From positions 36,054 through 100,053 of the forward strand of contig CAVVHG010000012.1 of the NCBI GenBank assembly GCA_963747985.1: a DNA stretch of 64,000 nt, written 5' to 3'. This document shows, piece by piece, positions 1-9,398 of this stretch. The stretch is from an uncultured Acidobacteriota bacterium. GTDB taxonomy: Bacteria > Acidobacteriota > UBA6911. The notes under the pieces were generated by a model, which was not told the origin of the DNA, did no database searches, and saw only the letters and a list, made by a program, of their open reading frames with translations. The position numbers and the translations under genes are program-made. Position 1 is the first letter of the stretch; each line of letters opens with the position of its first letter.

Positions 1-2121
1 GGCCGGATCTTCCCCGCTACCCAGAACCATGCCGACGGTGGAGCCGGTCTTCTTGACGAGATCGAGGACCTCATTGTCGGGCAGGATATTGGTCTGGATC
101 ATCAGCGGCTTTTCGGAATTGGAAAGCAGCACCTTTGCCCGCGCCGAGTCCACCCCTTTGACGATCGCGAGGACATTTGCCTTCGCCAGGGCTTCCAGGA
201 TCTTCATGCCCTCTTCGCTCAGGGTCTTGCCGTTAAAGAGAAGCGCAGGCTGATCGAGTACGACGAAGGCAACCCCCAGCTTCGAGAAGACCTCCGCCCA
301 GCGGAGGTCATCGCGGATCGAGGCGATACCACGCAGTCCGACCAGCACCGTGGTTTTCGACGGCCCTGCGCCAAACATCATCCTGAATCGGTTGGATGCC
401 TGGCCCGATGCACTGTAAAGCGTGAGTCCCCTGCTTTGTGCCAGCCTCTCGGTCCCGGCCACCAGGTTCTTCATCACCTCCAACCTGAGTGCGTCGCCGG
501 TCGCCCCTTCTTTTTCGTCCACAGTCGCCAACTGGAAATCCACATCAGGGTCTTGTACGTCTTTGTGCTCCTCGATGAGCGTGTCCAGCCTCGGGGCGTG
601 ATAATTGACGATGGTCTCGTACCTCCAGTAAAAGGTTTCCTTCCTCCTGGATTGAATGGAGAGTTTCGCGTCTGAGCCCAACACTTCGGTGGCTGCGACA
701 ACGAAATCACCTGCCTTCTTCAGGATCTCAGGCTTGATGAGATCGATAACGTCGCCGACCTGGTTGGTCTTGAAATGAGGACCGTCAGTGGCCACGAAGA
801 ACGCCGGCACGCCGTTATAGAGAAAATACGTGTGATCCGATCCACCCGGTCCCCCGCGGCCGGGAAGGCTGTTCTCCACGATCTCGTTGGGGAGGCCTGC
901 TTTGAGAATCTCCCAGACTTCCGGGGCAAAGTAGGAACCACGGACATTGACTTGGCCGGTGCCGTGACCTTCCATGTCCAGGTTGATGTTGGCGACTGTC
1001 TTCTCCAGGGGATAGACTGGATTCTCCGTGTAGAACTTTGAGCCCAGGAGCCCTTCCTCTTCCGCGGCCCAGAGGGCGAAGACAATCGTGCGCCTGGGCT
1101 TAAACTTGCGGAGCTTCATCACCCGGGCTGTCTCCATGACCACGGCCGTTCCCGAGGCGTTGTCGTCGGCCCCGTTGAAGACGTCACCGGCCATATCCAC
1201 ACCCAGGTGATCCATGTGTGCGCCGACGATCACGTATTCGTTCTTGAGGTCGGTGTCGGTGCCGGGAATCCTGGCGAGGATGTTCTGCGTAGGCCGTTTC
1301 TGATCGAAGACAACCTCGAGATTGACGAGGGATTGAACTCCCAGGTCATAGGACTGAGGCTTGCGGGTCGCCTCGATCTGCTGCAGGAAATAGCGAGGGT
1401 CCGCTTTTTGCCACTTGAAAATGAACTCGACGACGTTCCTCTCGAGAGAAATGATAACGAAGTCCGGCTTGTAGTTATCCTTCTTGAGGTCCCCGCGAAA
1501 ACCGCGGAAGCCGGGGCCATCCTGCATTTCGCTGCGGAAGGTCAGGACGCCGCGCGCCCCGTGTTCCTGGGCCGCTTGGATCCGGTTCCGAAACCGGGCT
1601 TCCTCCGCGAGCTTTTCTTCGAATTGCCGTGGCGTCTCGGTGGCGAAAAGGACCAGCTTGCCTCTGACATCGACGCCCGCGTAGTCGTCATATTCCTTCG
1701 AAGCTGCGGAGATTCCGTAGCCAACGAAGACGATTCCGGCTCCGAAAGTGCCCGACCCGGAATAACGCATCTGGCGCCAGTCATCACCGCAGACGAATTC
1801 GCGTTTCGCGTTGTGCGCGATGACGTTGAGCGTGGCGCCGCGCTGGACGGCGTAGTACTCGTAGGTCATGTCCTGGAAGTAACTGCCCTTTGGACCCGCC
1901 GGCTCGAGCCCCCAGCTTCCGAGTTTTGATGCGATGTATTCGGCTGCCATCCGCCCTCCGGGCTCACCGCTCATCCGTCCCTGCATCGCATCCGACGCGA
2001 GGACCTTGATGTATTCATAGGCCGCCTGTCCGTCGAAGACCGCATTATGGTCTTGCGACGGCGCAAGAGGAGCACAGAGTGACAGGCACAGGGCGAAGAC
2101 GGCAAGTAACCGCAAAATCAT
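1..2121 (-). CDS. M28 family metallopeptidase (aminopeptidase) with a C-terminal extension. The 5' end is complete; the 3' end runs off the window start.
   Basis: The minus-strand frame starts at ATG 2121..2119, 6 nt downstream of a GGAG. The N-terminus MILRLLAVFALCLSLCAPLA is signal-peptide-like. Hand translation of 1141-1260 (reverse complement) gives TDTDLKNEYVIVGAHMDHLGVDMAGDVFNGADDNASGTAV, the M28 zinc-site signature. The frame stays open to position 1 (...KPLMIQTNILPDNEVLDLVKKTGSTVGMVLGSGEDPA). Confidence 0.8.
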   Translation of the reverse strand, partial: MILRLLAVFALCLSLCAPLAPSQDHNAVFDGQAAYEYIKVLASDAMQGRMSGEPGGRMAAEYIASKLGSWGLEPAGPKGSYFQDMTYEYYAVQRGATLNVIAHNAKREFVCGDDWRQMRYSGSGTFGAGIVFVGYGISAASKEYDDYAGVDVRGKLVLFATETPRQFEEKLAEEARFRNRIQAAQEHGARGVLTFRSEMQDGPGFRGFRGDLKKDNYKPDFVIISLERNVVEFIFKWQKADPRYFLQQIEATRKPQSYDLGVQSLVNLEVVFDQKRPTQNILARIPGTDTDLKNEYVIVGAHMDHLGVDMAGDVFNGADDNASGTAVVMETARVMKLRKFKPRRTIVFALWAAEEEGLLGSKFYTENPVYPLEKTVANINLDMEGHGTGQVNVRGSYFAPEVWEILKAGLPNEIVENSLPGRGGPGGSDHTYFLYNGVPAFFVATDGPHFKTNQVGDVIDLIKPEILKKAGDFVVAATEVLGSDAKLSIQSRRKETFYWRYETIVNYHAPRLDTLIEEHKDVQDPDVDFQLATVDEKEGATGDALRLEVMKNLVAGTERLAQSRGLTLYSASGQASNRFRMMFGAGPSKTTVLVGLRGIASIRDDLRWAEVFSKLGVAFVVLDQPALLFNGKTLSEEGMKILEALAKANVLAIVKGVDSARAKVLLSNSEKPLMIQTNILPDNEVLDLVKKTGSTVGMVLGSGEDPA

Positions 2122-2451
2122 GATGATCTCCTTCAATCAGTCGGGGCGGCGACGCAAGGCGAGAACCTCATCACGGGGCGCGAGGTGCGCGAGTGGTCTT
2201 GAGCTGCGTGGAACCTGCGCACAATTCACGGGGTGGAAGGCTAGCAACTGGATCAGGCAAACGCAACAATTTCAATTCTGATCCGGCGCTTCACTACAGA
2301 AACTGGAGGGCCGCGGCACCGTTCGGCTATAGAATCGGCGCTTGCGCCGCCGAGGCGAGCGCGGAGCAAGAGAGGGTCGTCGAAAAGGTAAGGAATCATG
2401 ATTAAGGAGGCATCCCACGGCAGCAGAACATTCCGGCCGGAATCTATTGGC

Positions 2452-2784
2452 ATGCGCTATCTCATTCAGTGCGCAGTGATCCTTCTCATGACCTTGCCGG
2501 CAGTGTCTGCACGGGAAGGCAGCGGTTCGTGGCGCGGAACCGTTCGTGATGTTTCCGGCCAACTCCTTAATTTCGACTTCTCCGTGATCAAGAACACTGC
2601 CATCGGTCCCTCGTCCAACCCGGAGCGCGCCGTTTTGCAGTTCCGTGCCGAGTTCTTCAATGTATTCAATGTGGTGAATTTCGGTTTGCCTGCGAATATC
2701 GTGGCGGGTCCCGGTTTCGGGCAGATCAGTCGCACTGCGGGCACATCTCGCCAGATACAGTTCTCGTTGAAGATCCTGTACTGA
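2452..2784 (+). pseudogene. Remnant of a TonB-dependent receptor / carboxypeptidase-regulatory-domain outer-membrane protein. The N-terminus and C-terminus are joined by an in-frame internal deletion.
   Basis: Signal peptide MRYLIQCAVILLMTLPAVSA, followed by GTVRDVSGQLL (the start of a CarboxypepD_reg-like domain). This is fused directly to a typical acidobacterial TBDR C-terminus (NFDFSVIKN...LQFRAEFFNVFNVVNFGLPAN...GFGQISRTAGTSRQIQFSLKILY). The product is only about 110 aa, against about 1000 aa for intact homologues. Confidence 0.5.
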
Positions 2785-2792
2785 GGAGGCCT

Positions 2793-4208
2793 ATGCTGAG
2801 ACGCACATTCCTGGCCGGGCTGGCCGGCGGCGCGCTGGCGGCGCGAGGCGCTACTTCAGCCGGGACGAACTTCCTGTTTATCCTGGCGGACGATTTCGGA
2901 TGGCGGGACCTGGGCTGTTACGGGAACCCGTTCTTCGCGACACCGAACATCGACAGGCTGGCGAGAGAGGGCGCGCGCTTTGCCGACGCGTACGCTGCCT
3001 GCCCGGTTTGCTCTCCGACCCGTGCGAGCATCCTGACCGGACGCTACCCGGTACGGACCGGCGTGACAGACTGGATACCCGGCCGGCCGTCATCCGAGAA
3101 GGGACCTCTCACGACGCCGCGCACCTCGACTGAGCTGAAACTCGAGGAGACCACCATCGCGGAACAGCTGAAACCGGCCGGTTACAGGAGTGCGAGCGTG
3201 GGCAAGTGGCATCTGGGCAGCAAGGGATTCTGGCCCACAGATCAGGGTTTCGACGAGAACATCGGCGGCAATCAAAGCGGCAGCCCGCCGCAAAGTCCAA
3301 GACCGTACTTCGGGCCATTCGAACTTCCGAACCTGAAAGCCGCCGAGGGTGAGTTTCTGACCGAGAAACTGACTCAGGCTGCAGTGGAATACGTCGAGCG
3401 GAACAAGTCCCGCCCGTTTTTCCTGTACCTGTCTCACTACACTGTGCACATCCCGCTGGGGGCCCGCGATGCCGATATCGCCCGGCATTCGGACAAAGCG
3501 CAGGACCGTTATGACCCGGTGTATGCGGCCATGGTGGAGAGTCTGGACGAAGGCGTGGGCAAGGTGCTGGCGGCCATCGAGGCGGCGGGCGTGACAAACC
3601 GCACCATGGTGATCTTTTTCTCCGACAACGGCGGTCTGCGGTACGAAGGCCAGGCGAAGAAACCGGTGACAGACAACTGGCCGCTGCGGGCGGGCAAAGG
3701 GCACCTCTACGAGGGCGGGATACGCGAACCGCTGATCATTCGCTACCCGGCCGTGGTGAAGCCGGGAATTGTGATCGATGTGCCGGTTTCGAGCGTGGAT
3801 TTCTACCCGACGATCTGCGACGCAGCAGGCATACCCTCCGGCAAAGTGGACGGGGTGAGCCTCATGCCGCTGCTCCGTGGCGGCAGCCTTAGGCCGCGGG
3901 CTCTGTTCTGGCATTACCCGCACTATTCCAACCAGGGCGGCGAACCGGGAGGCGCGGTTCGAGAGGGTGACTGGAAACTGATCGAGTTTTACACGGACGG
4001 GCGGAAGGAACTATACAACCTGCGTGCGGATTTGTCCGAGGCGCACAACCTCGTGCTCAAGGAACCCGCCGCCACAGCCCGGCTGGTGGCCAAGTTGGAG
4101 GAGTGGAGAAGGGAAACCGGGGCGATAATGCCGAAGATGAATCCGAATGCGGATCCTGCGTGGCCGGGATGGGGTTTGACGGGCGCGGAGAAACCAACCC
4201 CTCCCTGA
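2793..4208 (+). CDS. Sulfatase (arylsulfatase family, formylglycine-dependent), exported.
   Basis: RBS GAGGAGG upstream of the start. TAT-like N-terminus MLRRTFLAGLAGGALAA. The motif LFILADDFGWRDLGCYGN...CPVCSPTRASILTGRY matches the sulfatase C-x-P-x-R formylglycine signature. Confidence 0.85.
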   Translation: MLRRTFLAGLAGGALAARGATSAGTNFLFILADDFGWRDLGCYGNPFFATPNIDRLAREGARFADAYAACPVCSPTRASILTGRYPVRTGVTDWIPGRPSSEKGPLTTPRTSTELKLEETTIAEQLKPAGYRSASVGKWHLGSKGFWPTDQGFDENIGGNQSGSPPQSPRPYFGPFELPNLKAAEGEFLTEKLTQAAVEYVERNKSRPFFLYLSHYTVHIPLGARDADIARHSDKAQDRYDPVYAAMVESLDEGVGKVLAAIEAAGVTNRTMVIFFSDNGGLRYEGQAKKPVTDNWPLRAGKGHLYEGGIREPLIIRYPAVVKPGIVIDVPVSSVDFYPTICDAAGIPSGKVDGVSLMPLLRGGSLRPRALFWHYPHYSNQGGEPGGAVREGDWKLIEFYTDGRKELYNLRADLSEAHNLVLKEPAATARLVAKLEEWRRETGAIMPKMNPNADPAWPGWGLTGAEKPTPP

Positions 4209-4528
4209 TGCTCGCGGTTCGCATGGAACCTTGCACCCGATCGGGATCGGAATCGGGATCGCAACCGGTTTCGTCATTCGAAATCATCAGACCACGCTCC
4301 GTGGTGCAGACATGGCCGTCATTCACGGGCACGTGTCGGTAGAAGAGCGGTACATTTCAATATCAATGGATGCTCATCCAGCTTACTATGGCCCCTGTTG
4401 AGCTTGTCCGAGTTTCCGCATCTGCCGGAGCAAAGCATAGTTGACGCTGTCAAACCGGTGCGTCCGCCGTTTCGAAGGGCTCGGGAGGTACGGAGGGATC
4501 CAGCACCTGTCACCTGAACGGAGCGATT

Positions 4529-4918
4529 ATGGCAACAACAGCCGGCATCCTTCGCTGGACTCCGCGGATCGTCTGCATCCTGGCGATTCTTTTTGTGAGC
4601 ATGTTTGCGCTTGACGCTTTTGCTCCCGGACTGACCGTCTGGCAACAGTTGGCAGCTTTCTTCATACACCTCATCCCCTCGTTCGTCCTGCTGGCACTCC
4701 TGATCATCGCGTGGAAGTGGGAACTGACCGGGGGAATTGTGTTCATCATCATCGGACTTCTTTTGAGTTTTCCCATATTCCTGCGTAACTACAGGATGAA
4801 TCATTCCATACTGATGAGCCTCGTTATCATCCTCGCGATCACTTTCCCGTTCGTGCTGGCAGGAGTTCTTTTTGTGCTGAGCCACAGGCTGAGTAAAAGG
4901 AACGCCCCTGCGGCCTAG
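4529..4918 (+). CDS. Small hypothetical integral membrane protein (about 4 TM helices).
   Basis: 129 aa, strongly hydrophobic (LAILFVSMFALDAF, FVLLALLIIAWKW, IVFIIIGLLLSF, LVIILAITFPFVLAGVLFVL). GC content is locally lower than the surroundings. An RBS-like GGAG sits 7 nt upstream. Confidence 0.45.
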   Translation: MATTAGILRWTPRIVCILAILFVSMFALDAFAPGLTVWQQLAAFFIHLIPSFVLLALLIIAWKWELTGGIVFIIIGLLLSFPIFLRNYRMNHSILMSLVIILAITFPFVLAGVLFVLSHRLSKRNAPAA

Positions 4919-5077
4919 CAGCACACTCCGCCCGCGGGCTGCCCCAAGGTCATCTCAGGTTCCACGCCGCCCTGTCCACCCCGTGACGCGCGGTATCCAC
5001 CTCGGCACCTCGCCGCAGGGCGCAACTCTCCTCTGCGTGCACACGGCCCATTTGGGACGGGGAATGCTTCGTCTCCC

Positions 5078-6451
5078 TTACAGACTCCAGCCGTCGCGGT
5101 ACTGGTAATGGAGCAGCCGGGTGGCTTCGTCTGAGTTGGTCACCTTGAAGTTTACAGGATCCCAAAGAAGCTTTTTGCCTTCCAGCCGGACGGAAATCGT
5201 CCCCAGCAGCACAGCCTCGGTCAATGGGCCGGCAAAGTCAGGGAAATTGGACCTTGGTGTCCCATTGCCCTTGCAGGCCTCCAGCCACTCCTTGTGATGG
5301 CCGATCGAGCGGGGAAGAGTCTTTCGCGGTTGCTTGAACGATTTCATTCTCGACTCGGGGATCAGCATCGGCTTCTCTCCGCCCCAGCCCTCCACGAGGA
5401 TGGTTCCCCGGTCGCCGACAAAGATGAGGCCGTCCTCCCGGTCCAATTCCCTGTTGTCTTCCAGTCTGCTGGGCCGCGCGGGGACCAGTCCGCCGTCATA
5501 CCAGTGAAGAGTCACCGGCGGCATGTTCCCGCGTGCCGGGAACTCATAGTGAACGACGGAGGCGACAGGCAAGGTTTCCGGAAAGACGGGAGTCGAGCAT
5601 GCGTAGACACTGGTCGGGGCTGTCAGCTTCAGGGCTGAGAAGGCCGGGGCAATGTTGTGGATCCCCATGTCACCCAATCCTCCGGACCCGAAATCCCACC
5701 AGCCGCGCCAGGCAAAGGGAACATAGGCCGTGTTGAAGGGGCGATCGGGAGCGCTTCCCAGCCAGAGGTTCCAATCCAGTGTTTCCGGCACTTCCGGAGT
5801 GTCGGCAGGGCGCTCGATTCCCTGGGGCCACCACAACGGGTTCTTCCCCTTGTGCGTGGGGCGGTCGGACCAGACATGTACTTCCCGCACTTTCCCGATG
5901 GCACCCGCCCAGATCCATTCGTTGATCAGGCGGTTGCCTTCGAAGGCCATCCCCTGGTTGCCCATCTGGGTGGCGACTTTGGCCTCGCGCGCGGCCCGGC
6001 CGATGGCCCGGGCCTCGTAGACGGTGCGGGTCAGCGGCTTCTCGCAATAAACATGCTTGCCCCGTTTGATGGCATACATCGAGGCCGGAGCGTGAGTATG
6101 GTCGGGCGTGGCTACAAGCACCGCATCGATCTTGTCCTTTTCCTTATCGATCATTTCGCGGTAGTCCCGGTACTTGGGGGCATCCGGGTGCCTATTGAAA
6201 GTCCCTGCGGCATTCTTCAGGTCAACATCACACAAAAAGGCGATGCGAGCGCCGGCCTTCTGCAGTTGATCTATGTCCCAAGCTGCCTGACCGCCCGCCC
6301 CGATACAGGCGACGTTGATTTTGTCGCTCGGTGCAGCCTGACCTCTCCCTCCGAGCACGTGGCGCGGAACTATCATGAAGGCGCCGGCCGTTGCCACACC
6401 GGCCAGAATGTCCCGCCTCGAAATCCTGGTTTCTTCAGACTGACCGTTCAT
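5078..6451 (-). CDS. Gfo/Idh/MocA family oxidoreductase, TAT-exported.
   Basis: RBS GGAGGAG precedes ATG 6451. The TAT motif is SRRDILAGVATAGAFM. The Rossmann motif is VACIGAGGQAAWDI, and ...GKHVYCEKPLT is typical of Gfo/Idh/MocA enzymes. Confidence 0.8.
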   Translation of the reverse strand: MNGQSEETRISRRDILAGVATAGAFMIVPRHVLGGRGQAAPSDKINVACIGAGGQAAWDIDQLQKAGARIAFLCDVDLKNAAGTFNRHPDAPKYRDYREMIDKEKDKIDAVLVATPDHTHAPASMYAIKRGKHVYCEKPLTRTVYEARAIGRAAREAKVATQMGNQGMAFEGNRLINEWIWAGAIGKVREVHVWSDRPTHKGKNPLWWPQGIERPADTPEVPETLDWNLWLGSAPDRPFNTAYVPFAWRGWWDFGSGGLGDMGIHNIAPAFSALKLTAPTSVYACSTPVFPETLPVASVVHYEFPARGNMPPVTLHWYDGGLVPARPSRLEDNRELDREDGLIFVGDRGTILVEGWGGEKPMLIPESRMKSFKQPRKTLPRSIGHHKEWLEACKGNGTPRSNFPDFAGPLTEAVLLGTISVRLEGKKLLWDPVNFKVTNSDEATRLLHYQYRDGWSL

Positions 6452-6727
6452 GTCTCCTCCCGAATTTACCGGACCCGATATGCCTGTCACCGTGTCCTTA
6501 CCGTGACCTCCCCGATAATACAGGCTATTCGCTCCTTCCCGAAAGAGTCAGATGGAATTACGAATCGTTTTACCGCAGAGGCGCCGGGCACGCAGAGGCA
6601 AATGTTCAAGGTGCAGTTCGTTGACATCTGTTCCTCGGGCTCTCCTCGCCTTTGCGGTGGTTACTGAGTGTAGTCCCGGTGTCCCGCAATCCTGGACAGA
6701 GGTCGCGCGGTCGTCTATAACCACTGC

Positions 6728-8218
6728 ATGTCATTCTTGATCCTCTCGTTCGTCGCCCTTTCGCTACAGCTGGTGCCGACCGATCCCGCGCAGGCTGACC
6801 GCCCTGCGGCAGCCCGCTTCGAAAGAGCCGCGTGTCCTGTCGAGGTCGCTGCGGGTGAGCGGATCGACTGTGGCGTGCTGATCGTGCCCGAAAACCGGGC
6901 GAGGACGGGGAGCCGGACAATCCGACTGCCGGTGATGATTTTCCGGAGCCGATCCTCCTCTCCGGCCATGGACCCCGTTATCTTTCTGACTGGAGGGCCC
7001 GGTAACAGCGGCGTAGCCGGGCGGCGCTCGGGCCTTGGGATCCCGTTCCTCGATGAACGCGACTACATCGTGATGGAACAGCGCGGCACACGCTACGCCA
7101 GTCCGGCGCTCGAGTGCCCTGCCATCAACGCGATCAAGGCGGAGATCGCCGCAGGTCGCCTGCGGGGGGGCGCTGCGAATGCCGAATTGGTAAAGGCGGC
7201 GACGGCTTGCCGCGAGAAGCTGACCGCGTCGGGAGCGGACCTGGACGGTTACACCAGCGAGGCCAGCGCCGACGACATCGAAGACCTGCGTAAGGCTCTG
7301 GGCTGCGCAAAGTGGAACCTCTACGGCCTTTCCTATGGAACGCGTCTCGCCCTGACAGTGCTCCGCAGGCATCCGGCCGGCATCCGCAGCGTGGTGCTCG
7401 ATTCGGTTCTGCCGCCCGAAGTGAACTTCGACGAGGTGGCGGCCGGCAACCTGCTGCGTGCCCTGAATTCGGTGTTCGACGGGTGCGCGAGCGATCGCGA
7501 GTGCGGCACTGCCTATCCTGACCTCCGACTGCGCTTTGGGAACCTCGTGGCCGCCGCCGACCGGCAGCCGCTCAAGCTGCCGATCGACCCGGCAGATGCC
7601 GGGGGACGCCCTGCCGGGATACGCGGCGCGCAGGTGGTCGATGCAATCTACAACGCGCTGCACAAACCGCAGATGATCCCGCAGATTCCGAGGATGATAA
7701 GCGCGGCTGCGGCGGGTGACTACGCCGAGTTGCTGCCGTTGGTGAAGGAGAATCTGGGCCCATCGTCTGTGAGCTGGGGAATGCGGTACTCGGTCTGGTG
7801 CTCTGAGGAAATGCCGTTCGAGAGCGCCGACAGGATCGCCGCGCAGCTCTCACCCGGGTTGGGGATCGGCGGCATCGACGAAACAACGGCATCGCCCGAA
7901 GTGTGTCGTGCATGGAAAGTCTCTCCGGCCCCGGCAGTCGAGAACGAGCCGGTGAAGAGCGATATCCCAACCTTGATTCTCGCCGGCGAGTTTGATCCCG
8001 ACACGCCTCCCGGCTGGGGGCGCCAACTCCTGGAGTCGATGCCCAACGCGCGCTACGTGGAGTTCCGGGGGCGAAGCCACGGGGCTGGATTCAGCGCGTG
8101 CGGTGTCGAAGTCGTGTCAGCGTTCCTGCGTCATCCGGGTTCTCCGCTTGCTGCGGAGTGCACGCTCAGAATTCGCGGTGCTGACTTCGGCTCGAGCCCG
8201 CGGGGAGTCAAGCACTAG
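6728..8218 (+). CDS. Secreted alpha/beta hydrolase, S33-family peptidase-like (prolyl/tripeptidyl aminopeptidase-like).
   Basis: Signal peptide MSFLILSFVALSLQLVPTDPAQA. Motifs VIFLTGGPGNSG and GLSYGTRLAL (a GxSxG nucleophile) in an alpha/beta-hydrolase arrangement. Confidence 0.7.
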   Translation: MSFLILSFVALSLQLVPTDPAQADRPAAARFERAACPVEVAAGERIDCGVLIVPENRARTGSRTIRLPVMIFRSRSSSPAMDPVIFLTGGPGNSGVAGRRSGLGIPFLDERDYIVMEQRGTRYASPALECPAINAIKAEIAAGRLRGGAANAELVKAATACREKLTASGADLDGYTSEASADDIEDLRKALGCAKWNLYGLSYGTRLALTVLRRHPAGIRSVVLDSVLPPEVNFDEVAAGNLLRALNSVFDGCASDRECGTAYPDLRLRFGNLVAAADRQPLKLPIDPADAGGRPAGIRGAQVVDAIYNALHKPQMIPQIPRMISAAAAGDYAELLPLVKENLGPSSVSWGMRYSVWCSEEMPFESADRIAAQLSPGLGIGGIDETTASPEVCRAWKVSPAPAVENEPVKSDIPTLILAGEFDPDTPPGWGRQLLESMPNARYVEFRGRSHGAGFSACGVEVVSAFLRHPGSPLAAECTLRIRGADFGSSPRGVKH

Positions 8219-8238
8219 CGTAACCGTGGCCGAATAGA

Positions 8239-8901
8239 ATGGAGGAAGCCGTCGTGAGGTTGATTTCCGTCAATGCGGGACTTCCGCGCAGCGTAAATTG
8301 GCGCGGTAAGACAGTGAAAACGTCTATATGGAAGTACCCAGTCGAGGGACGGGTCCTTGTTTCAAAACTCAACCTCTCCGGCGATCAACAATCCGACCTC
8401 TCGGTGCACGGCGGGATCGACAAGGCAGTCTATGTTTACCCGAGCGAACACTACCCATATTGGCACAGCCAGCTGGGCGGTGCAGAGTTCTCCTGGGGAG
8501 CTTTCGGCGAGAATTTCACGGTCGACGGGCTCCTTGAAGACCAGGTGCAGGTCGGAGACGTTATTCGCGCGGGTTCGGCCGAGTTCGTCGTAACACAGCC
8601 GCGAATGCCGTGCTTCAAACTGGGGATTCGATTTGATCGTCCCGACATGGTGAAGTGGTTTCTTCAGAGCAAGCGAACCGGCTTTTACCTGGCAGTGCGT
8701 CGGGAGGGAGAAGTCGCAGCCGGTGACGCCATCGAATACGTGCACCAGGAAGACGGCGGGGTGACGATCAGCGACATCGTCGATCTTTACGTGTCGGATT
8801 TTGCGAACCAGGAACTGCTCCGCCGTGCCAGCGAGCTGGCAGCACTTCCGGATAGCTGGAAAGAGTACTTCCGCACGCGCCTATGGGATGCCGACGCCTG
8901 A
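8239..8901 (+). CDS. MOSC domain protein (YiiM-like).
   Basis: 220 aa, ...LSGDQQSDLSVHGGIDKAVYVYPSEHYPYW...QPRMPCFKLGIRF..., a typical MOSC/YiiM architecture. The start could instead be the GTG at 8254, which follows GGAGGAAG by 6 nt. Confidence 0.8.
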   Translation: MEEAVVRLISVNAGLPRSVNWRGKTVKTSIWKYPVEGRVLVSKLNLSGDQQSDLSVHGGIDKAVYVYPSEHYPYWHSQLGGAEFSWGAFGENFTVDGLLEDQVQVGDVIRAGSAEFVVTQPRMPCFKLGIRFDRPDMVKWFLQSKRTGFYLAVRREGEVAAGDAIEYVHQEDGGVTISDIVDLYVSDFANQELLRRASELAALPDSWKEYFRTRLWDADA

Positions 8902-9398
8902 TTACTCACCAGGCCGGAACGAGCGCGACAATGAATGCCACGCCAAGGCTTCGCGCGGATTGAAAACTGCAGCCGTGAGTGTCCGCACACCGGGGCGGGA
9001 ATTCAATTGTAGGCCGACGGCGAAGAGCGCCGGGTTGAGCCGCTCAGAAGCGGCCAGGACTTTATCTGCCTCTTACCTTTGGTGCTGTCTTTTTCCAGTT
9101 GAACCAGAACCGGAATCAGGTGAGGTGAGCGCGAGCGGATGGGCTGCGGGCCAGGCGCACCGTCTGGATCTCAGGAAGTTCGGGCAAATTCCAGGCCAGG
9201 GAAATCATTCCGATGTAGAATCCTGGTTGTCGCCCTTGCGGCAGCCGCAGCGCGGAAGGGCACAGCCGGCATGATGCGCACAACCTGAAAACCGGTTTGC
9301 AGCGTGAGCGGGCTGCGATGAAGTTGCGGCCTATTCCGACGGTGTCCCAGCGCTATGGCGCCGATCGGCGCCTCAGATACCAATCAGGAGTCGACATG

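Noticed and set aside
29-1929. Plus-strand ORFs (29..253, 436..675, 775..1041, 1207..1929) overlapping the M28 peptidase gene
   Set aside because: Their translations are low-complexity. The minus strand encodes a continuous M28 peptidase with the diagnostic HMDH...GADDNASG motif, so these are antisense shadow ORFs typical of high-GC DNA.
3090-3923. 277-aa minus-strand ORF inside the sulfatase gene
   Set aside because: It is antisense to a strongly supported sulfatase CDS and has no RBS and no recognisable domain.
5657-6667. 336-aa plus-strand ORF overlapping the Gfo/Idh/MocA gene
   Set aside because: It is an antisense shadow of the well-supported minus-strand oxidoreductase, and its product is Pro/Arg/Gly-rich nonsense.
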